Of a stretch of 32,000 nt of DNA, positions 27,209 to 32,000 are shown piece after piece. The notes under the pieces were generated by a model. It saw only the letters and a program-made list of their open reading frames with translations. It did no database searches and had not been told where the DNA came from. Both the position numbers and the translations under genes were made by a program. Numbering within the stretch: position 1 is the first letter of the stretch; each line of letters begins with the position of its first letter. Origin of the DNA: Vibrio alginolyticus NBRC 15630 = ATCC 17749 (GTDB lineage: Bacteria; Pseudomonadota; Gammaproteobacteria; Enterobacterales; Vibrionaceae); the NCBI RefSeq assembly GCF_000354175.2, contig NC_022349.1, positions 1,290,001 through 1,322,000 on the forward strand, in the 5' to 3' direction.

Positions 27209-28094
27209 ACTTTAGTGGTTTACCAAGATTTTTTAACTTTCTCAGTTCATTAAATGAGATGTCAGGTTTAAACAATACCTTATGGATAGTTGGGCTATGA
27301 ATGATAAGCTCAGAGCCTTTGCGTTTTGTTTGTGCCGTATATGTTAGACCAAATGGTTGTGGATCAAACTCTGCGTATATACCAGCAATCTCGGGAGTAT
27401 CATCATAGGTTACAATCCAAGGATGCTGAATATTTCTCACACTGCGGTAAAGACGATAGTGATCATCATGCTTAAAGAAATTTTGGTAAAGACCTTTGCC
27501 TTTAACATAGTAAGGCGGGTCGATATTAACGAGACATGGGCCGTCGATATCTGGTAGGTATTCATCAATAAACAATGTAGCGTCGACATTAGTTAAAACT
27601 ATGTTTTCCCTACGCGCAGCAATAGCCCTAATTTGCTGAGTCAATCTTTCTTTGTTATATCTACAGTCTAGTAGGTAGTTACCATTTTGCTCTAGACCAC
27701 CGATCACACCAGCTTTAATGATCCCAGAACGGTTTGTTCTATTTAAGAAAAACGTCGCAAATCCCAATTGAAGAGAGTTAGTCTTGTCATTGGAATAAAC
27801 TTCCTTTTGTCTGAACCACTCTTCTATTGTAACGTCGGTGTTTTCTATCAACTGACAAAGCTCATCAGTTCGATTTAACACGCTATACCAGAAAGCATGA
27901 ATCGCAGGGTCTAAATCGTTAACCCACACATTTTCAACATGCCCTTCTAAAAGTAGATACCATGCGATTGCACACCCACCGGCGAATGGCTCCACGTACG
28001 TTCCCCCCTCAAGCCCATTTAGCTTGAGAGTCTCCACGACATATGCGGTAAGCTTGGACTTCCCACCTGGATACCTTAGCGGTGAATAAAACAT
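27207..28094 (-). CDS. Dam-family (D12 class) N6-adenine DNA methyltransferase
   Basis: LRYPGGKSKL, VEPFAGGCAIA (FxGxG) and VNIDPPYYVKG (DPPY), in the alpha-class motif order. Confidence 0.85.
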   Translation of the reverse strand: MFYSPLRYPGGKSKLTAYVVETLKLNGLEGGTYVEPFAGGCAIAWYLLLEGHVENVWVNDLDPAIHAFWYSVLNRTDELCQLIENTDVTIEEWFRQKEVYSNDKTNSLQLGFATFFLNRTNRSGIIKAGVIGGLEQNGNYLLDCRYNKERLTQQIRAIAARRENIVLTNVDATLFIDEYLPDIDGPCLVNIDPPYYVKGKGLYQNFFKHDDHYRLYRSVRNIQHPWIVTYDDTPEIAGIYAEFDPQPFGLTYTAQTKRKGSELIIHSPTIHKVLFKPDISFNELRKLKNLGKPLK

Positions 28095-29647
28095 TATCTT
28101 TCCTTCAATTCAATCAGGACTTTTAGCAGGGGCGTAAGCATATCCCAAAAGCCATTTACAAATCTATAATCAATTTTATGGGTTTCATGTCCATGCATAT
28201 AGCTGTTCAACGTATCTAAACTGTGTTCATTGTTTGGCTGAAGTAGCTTACTGATAACCTTGTTTGCTTGTGTTTCCTTTACATGACTATCGCACAAAAA
28301 CTTAAGACGTTGCTGGAGGATAGTATGATTGTAGTCTTTGTTGTACTGTTTGGCCACGAGCTTTTCTAATTCATTTCTACGAATAAAATCATCGACTGAA
28401 AGATCAAGAAATACGCGAAGAGTTATAGATGCCGAATGAGTATAAAGATGCACTGGCACTTTTTTTAGTTCAGCAAATAGGCTATTGAGTTTTGCGCTAT
28501 GCACCTTGATCGTCGTTTGGGGAATGACCATTCGAAGTCTATTACTCTTAAGCTTAACTGGTACGTCCAACTTAATTTGAGTAGAACCAGATACACTAGC
28601 TTGCTCATTAACGTTATTGGTTGTTTCAGCTTTAGGTTCCGTACCATTACTAGGACTGTTCGGTTCGATTTTTTCTGGAGAGTCTATCGATGTTGAAAGT
28701 ACTTTTTCTTTTCCATTTTCTGGGAAAGTAACTTCTGGAAGTACAGCAAATATACTCTCGTTCCTTTCTGGTATCGAACGAGTGTTCACAGCAAAGTCTA
28801 AGTCATTGGGTTCAATATTAAACATCAGTTTAAGAAACTTACCATACGCATGGAGAAAACTATCTTCGTTCGAAGTTATTTTAACTTTCATTCCATCAAA
28901 CTGAACTCCCCACCGATCTCGAACTGACTCACTAGCAAACCAACGCTCTAGAATAGTCATAGATATACGGTTGCTATAAATCAGCTCTTTTTCTTCCTCA
29001 CTCATCAAGTCTGTAACTTGTTTACGAGTAGCTAAATCACGCAACTGAACATATCTGAGTGCCTGAATTATCTCTGAACGAGTAAAACCTGTGACTGATA
29101 TAATTTTATCAATATCGTGTTCGTACTCATCATACAAACTCACAATGAAGCGCTGTTGCTGCAAACGCTGCCACGGTTTCTGAATAGAGCTAGTCGAATG
29201 ACGCTGTAAAACATACCAGCGTGTTGCTTCTAGGCTTGGTGCTACACAGACTTGCACTTTTTCAATGTCGTTTCGGTCAATGAGCTTTGACTGCTGCAAA
29301 ATGAACTTACGAATTGATTTAGGCGCTTTCTCTGGATTCCGCAGCAGTTTGAGAGCCAAAATACGACGATTTCCTTCTGCAACAATATAGCGTTCAGTCT
29401 CGTCTTTCCAAACAACAATGGGTTCAAAATCCATAAAGCCGAGTTTGATGATCGATTTAATGAGCTCAAAAAAGCTCGCTTTGTCTGAAGGTTCATTGAT
29501 AATTTCTTCAGCAAAGTCAGCTAACTTTATTCTCGATTGGCTTTCTGCCGTATCAAAACGGGGGTTTTCTTTCCAGAGCTTCAAATAGTCAACCGAACGG
29601 GGTGTACGCTTTTCCCACCACTTATTTTTGTTACCAACCACTTTCAT
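28094..29647 (-). CDS. ParB/Srx N-terminal-domain protein with long linker and uncharacterised C-terminal helical domain
   Basis: YIVAEGNRRILALKLL (ParB GxRR box). Ser/Asn/Pro-rich linker (residues ~315-355). C-terminal domain with LNSYMHGHETH. Its stop overlaps the methylase start (TAATG). Confidence 0.6.
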   Translation of the reverse strand: MKVVGNKNKWWEKRTPRSVDYLKLWKENPRFDTAESQSRIKLADFAEEIINEPSDKASFFELIKSIIKLGFMDFEPIVVWKDETERYIVAEGNRRILALKLLRNPEKAPKSIRKFILQQSKLIDRNDIEKVQVCVAPSLEATRWYVLQRHSTSSIQKPWQRLQQQRFIVSLYDEYEHDIDKIISVTGFTRSEIIQALRYVQLRDLATRKQVTDLMSEEEKELIYSNRISMTILERWFASESVRDRWGVQFDGMKVKITSNEDSFLHAYGKFLKLMFNIEPNDLDFAVNTRSIPERNESIFAVLPEVTFPENGKEKVLSTSIDSPEKIEPNSPSNGTEPKAETTNNVNEQASVSGSTQIKLDVPVKLKSNRLRMVIPQTTIKVHSAKLNSLFAELKKVPVHLYTHSASITLRVFLDLSVDDFIRRNELEKLVAKQYNKDYNHTILQQRLKFLCDSHVKETQANKVISKLLQPNNEHSLDTLNSYMHGHETHKIDYRFVNGFWDMLTPLLKVLIELKER

Positions 29648-29773
29648 TAAACCTCAAGCTTATATATCTACAAGTATGATATTCATATAAAACGAGTATG
29701 TTAAGCACCTTAATGCTCATTTGAGAAGGGTTGCTTATATTTGGAGCAAAATTTGACTATTATCAAAGACTAA

Positions 29774-29793
29774 CACTGTATATAAAAACAGAT
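29774..29793. promoter_or_regulatory. LexA (SOS) box CACTGTATATAAAAACAGAT upstream of the ParB-like/methylase operon
   Basis: CTGT(29776-29779)-N8-ACAG(29788-29791). Lies 127 nt upstream of the ParB-like ATG. The 17-mer ACTGTATATAAAAACAG is identical to 30895-30911. Confidence 0.7.
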
Positions 29794-29809
29794 TTGGTGT
29801 AAGTGCCGC

Positions 29810-29839
29810 GTCAAGCTAGAGAGCATGCTCTAGCTTGAC
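29810..29839. other. Perfect 12-bp-arm palindrome GTCAAGCTAGAG-AGCATG-CTCTAGCTTGAC
   Basis: Read directly from the sequence. Followed by a second hairpin, TACCTCTA-N11-TAGAGGTA (29841-29867). Both lie just 3' of the 2-TM gene. Confidence 0.5.
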
Positions 29840-29893
29840 TTACCTCTATCGTTCAATAGTAGAGGTATCATTCCTTTGCCTGAACAAGCCTAA

Positions 29894-30682
29894 CTAAAAT
29901 TGCTTGTTTTTGACGTACTCTTCTAGCTCATTCCGTATCGACGTATTCAAACTTAGCGCAGCGAATGCATTAGAAAATTTGTCCATCGTCAATTTACAAT
30001 CAGAAAATGGCTTCTCATTTCTAGCATAGTCAAACAAATCATCCACCAATACTTGAAGTTCTCCTAAAGAATACAAGCAAGACTTTCTATATGATCGATT
30101 GCCTGAGCTATCCGTCGGAATAGCTCTCATTCTTGCATCATGAATCTGCAGTAGCATTAATATATTTGCCAAATATTCAGCTACATCCGGCGTTGCCGAT
30201 TTTATACATTCTTTGAAAATAGGGATATGACGCTCATATGTGTCTGGTATTTCAGTCTTTAGAGCATTTCTCTTGCGCCTAGGTTCTTTCGAGTTTTCAT
30301 ATGCTTCACTCAGTACCTTAGCGCTTTTTCTAAGATAGTCACATAATTCATTGAGCGCTTGTGGCAAGAAAGCCTTAGCTGCTATAAATTCTCTTTCTAA
30401 CTGTTTAGTGACATGATATCGAGATATGTTAAACGCAATCAAGCTAGAGCCAAAAGCTAGCATGCCCACATTGAGAGCCTGCCATGAGTACCACACGCCA
30501 TGTACATACTGCCAACTCCACTTTCCTTCAATAAAGGGATGGATGAACATTGAATATAAATATACAAGAATTACAACGACACTAAAAAAGTTCAGCGCCC
30601 GAATTAGATTTTCAACCCCAAATAAGGTTCGATACAGTTTCAATATTCCTCCAACCCACGTCGGTTCTTGTTCAACATTCAC
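29894..30682 (-). CDS. 2-TM membrane protein with cytoplasmic helical domain (abortive-infection/exclusion candidate)
   Basis: GTG start with GGAG 7 nt upstream. TM1 FFSVVVILVYLYSMFIHPFI and TM2 ALNVGMLAFGSSLIAFNI, then about 170 aa of charged helical sequence. Confidence 0.55.
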   Translation of the reverse strand: MNVEQEPTWVGGILKLYRTLFGVENLIRALNFFSVVVILVYLYSMFIHPFIEGKWSWQYVHGVWYSWQALNVGMLAFGSSLIAFNISRYHVTKQLEREFIAAKAFLPQALNELCDYLRKSAKVLSEAYENSKEPRRKRNALKTEIPDTYERHIPIFKECIKSATPDVAEYLANILMLLQIHDARMRAIPTDSSGNRSYRKSCLYSLGELQVLVDDLFDYARNEKPFSDCKLTMDKFSNAFAALSLNTSIRNELEEYVKNKQF

Positions 30683-30893
30683 TTTCTAACTCCAAACATA
30701 GTACAAACCCTCGCTAGCCTTCAAAATGATTGGTTGACGCCCTCATAATGTTACTTTTTGCATATAAATACAATTCATAAGAAAAACTCCACCACACAGC
30801 GTCTTTAATCACACCTGATAGCACCAACTATATTATTGTCATTCCTGTTCGTTCATCATCCACTTAAACATTGCAAAATCTCCGACATAGAAA

Positions 30894-30913
30894 TACTGTA
30901 TATAAAAACAGTA
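30894..30913. promoter_or_regulatory. LexA (SOS) box TACTGTATATAAAAACAGTA overlapping a plausible int promoter
   Basis: CTGT(30896-30899)-N8-ACAG(30908-30911). TTGCAA(30871-30876)-N17-TACTGT(30894-30899). The box ends 15 nt before the int ATG. Confidence 0.75.
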
Positions 30914-30927
30914 AAGTTTATACTGAG

Positions 30928-31950
30928 ATGACTACACGAAACCTTAAAGACGGCAGTAAAAAACCTTGGCTATGCGAGTGCTACCCACAAGGTCGAGCAG
31001 GAAAACGTGTCCGTAAACGATTTGCAACCAAAGGCGAAGCTACCGCTTTTGAGTTGCATCTAATGAAAGAGGTGGATGACAAACCATGGTTAGGGAGTAA
31101 ACCCGATCACCGTCGATTATCTAACTTGGTGGAACTTTGGTACATGCTCCACGGAAAGAACCTGAAATCTGGAGAACATACTCGTCTACGTTTAGGGAAT
31201 ATGGTTGAAGACTTAAGCGACCCGATCGCAGCTCAACTAAACTCGAAACACCTCGCGACTTACCGAGCAGCCCGCATGAACAAGGGGCGTGGCCAAGAAC
31301 ACAAAGAGCTTTCTATTGCATCCAACAATGTGGACTTTGGGTTGCTAAAAGCGATGTTCAACAAGTTAATAAAGCTTGGTGAGTGGAAGCTACCAAATCC
31401 GGTTAGCGGTATTGAGGCAATCAAAAAGCCTGAGTCTGAGCTTGCGTTCCTGACCGAACAAGAGATTCATCTCCTGTTTGAAGTAGCTCAACAAAGCCCG
31501 ATTGGTGATGAGCTAACGAAGATATATAAAGTTTGCCTAGCGACTGGTGCGCGTATCAGGGAAGCTATTTATCTGAAGGGTTCTAACTTGACGAAATACC
31601 GCATTACCTACAACAACACCAAAGGTAAGCGCAACAGAACAGTACCAATTTCTGAAGAGTTGTATAACCAAATTTATAAGCCAACCAATGACCGCCTTTT
31701 TACTTGCGGTTACGGCGTAGCATACAAGTGGTTAACTAAAGCCCTCCCCCATTTACCAGAAGGACAAGCGACTCACGTTTTACGTCATACCTTCGCAAGT
31801 CACTTTATGACTAATGGCGGCAACATTCTTGTTCTTAAGGAAATCCTCGGTCATCAGCACATCGATCACACTATGATTTACGCTCATTTTTCGCCAAATC
31901 ACCTGAGTGATGCCGTACGTTTCAACCCACTAACAAATCTTAGTATCTAG
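30928..31950 (+). CDS. int: Tyrosine integrase (P2/HP1 family)
   Basis: The preferred start is MTTRNLKDGSKKPWLCECYPQGRAGKRVRKRF. Catalytic motifs ATGARIREAIYL, HVLRHTFASHF and LGHQHIDHTMIYAH. Confidence 0.9.
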   Translation: MTTRNLKDGSKKPWLCECYPQGRAGKRVRKRFATKGEATAFELHLMKEVDDKPWLGSKPDHRRLSNLVELWYMLHGKNLKSGEHTRLRLGNMVEDLSDPIAAQLNSKHLATYRAARMNKGRGQEHKELSIASNNVDFGLLKAMFNKLIKLGEWKLPNPVSGIEAIKKPESELAFLTEQEIHLLFEVAQQSPIGDELTKIYKVCLATGARIREAIYLKGSNLTKYRITYNNTKGKRNRTVPISEELYNQIYKPTNDRLFTCGYGVAYKWLTKALPHLPEGQATHVLRHTFASHFMTNGGNILVLKEILGHQHIDHTMIYAHFSPNHLSDAVRFNPLTNLSI

Positions 31951-31996
31951 TCGCCAATTATGGCGACAAAATGGCGACAAAGGTCAGCTTTTGTCG
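31951..31996. repeat. Cluster of TGGCGACAAA-type repeats directly 3' of int (candidate arm-type Int sites / att arm)
   Basis: Perfect tandem ATGGCGACAAA x2 (31960-31981). Inverted partial copies TCGCCA (31951-31956) and TTTGTCG (31990-31996). Confidence 0.45.
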
Positions 31997-32000
31997 TGAT

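Noticed and set aside
22013-30689. Nested ORFs in the right half: 22013-22351, 22407-22643, 23294-23527, 23465-23659, 27357-27557, 28465-28647, 28499-28696, 28617-28904, 29242-29514, 30426-30689
   Set aside because: Same reasoning. They overlap better-supported genes on the opposite strand or in another frame.
1-32000. CRISPR arrays, tRNA/rRNA genes, IS elements or transposase genes
   Set aside because: No regularly spaced direct repeats, no cloverleaf-compatible GC-rich 75-nt segments in intergenic DNA, and no transposase-like ORFs or terminal inverted repeats were seen.

Overview
The window is almost entirely one temperate P2/186/HP1-family myovirus prophage. Gene order is closest to the HP1/K139 subgroup, so the host is probably a Vibrio-like gammaproteobacterium (inference from family resemblance only). 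From left to right: (1) tail fibre, baseplate, tape measure, lysis, sheath/tube and head genes on the minus strand (1-14322). (2) The divergent terminase and portal operon plus an Ogr/Delta zinc-finger late activator (14488-17620). (3) A 2.8 kb AT-rich cargo segment bracketed by a 13-bp direct repeat (17936-20787). It carries a membrane protein, a lipoprotein and an AHH-type HNH nuclease toxin with a translationally coupled immunity gene. (4) The early operon: HUH replication initiator, small ORFs, CII-like and Cox-like genes (20795-24718). (5) A divergent CI-like repressor (24867-25505). (6) A second AT-rich accessory island between cI and int (25506-30870). It carries an OLD/PARIS-like ABC-ATPase-Toprim protein, a coupled ParB-like plus Dam-family methyltransferase operon, and a 2-TM protein. 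(7) A tyrosine integrase with repeat-rich att-arm-like DNA at the window edge. The most notable non-coding signal is three near-consensus LexA (SOS) boxes, CTGT-N8-ACAG. One sits on the promoter of a small gene at the position held by coliphage 186 tum. One lies upstream of the ParB-like/methylase operon. One overlaps a plausible int promoter. The last two share an identical 17-mer. The ORF track also misses a -1 programmed frameshift site (A AAA AAA) in the tail assembly chaperone. I found no rRNA, tRNA or CRISPR array. All functional calls come from motif recognition by eye and synteny. No database search was run.
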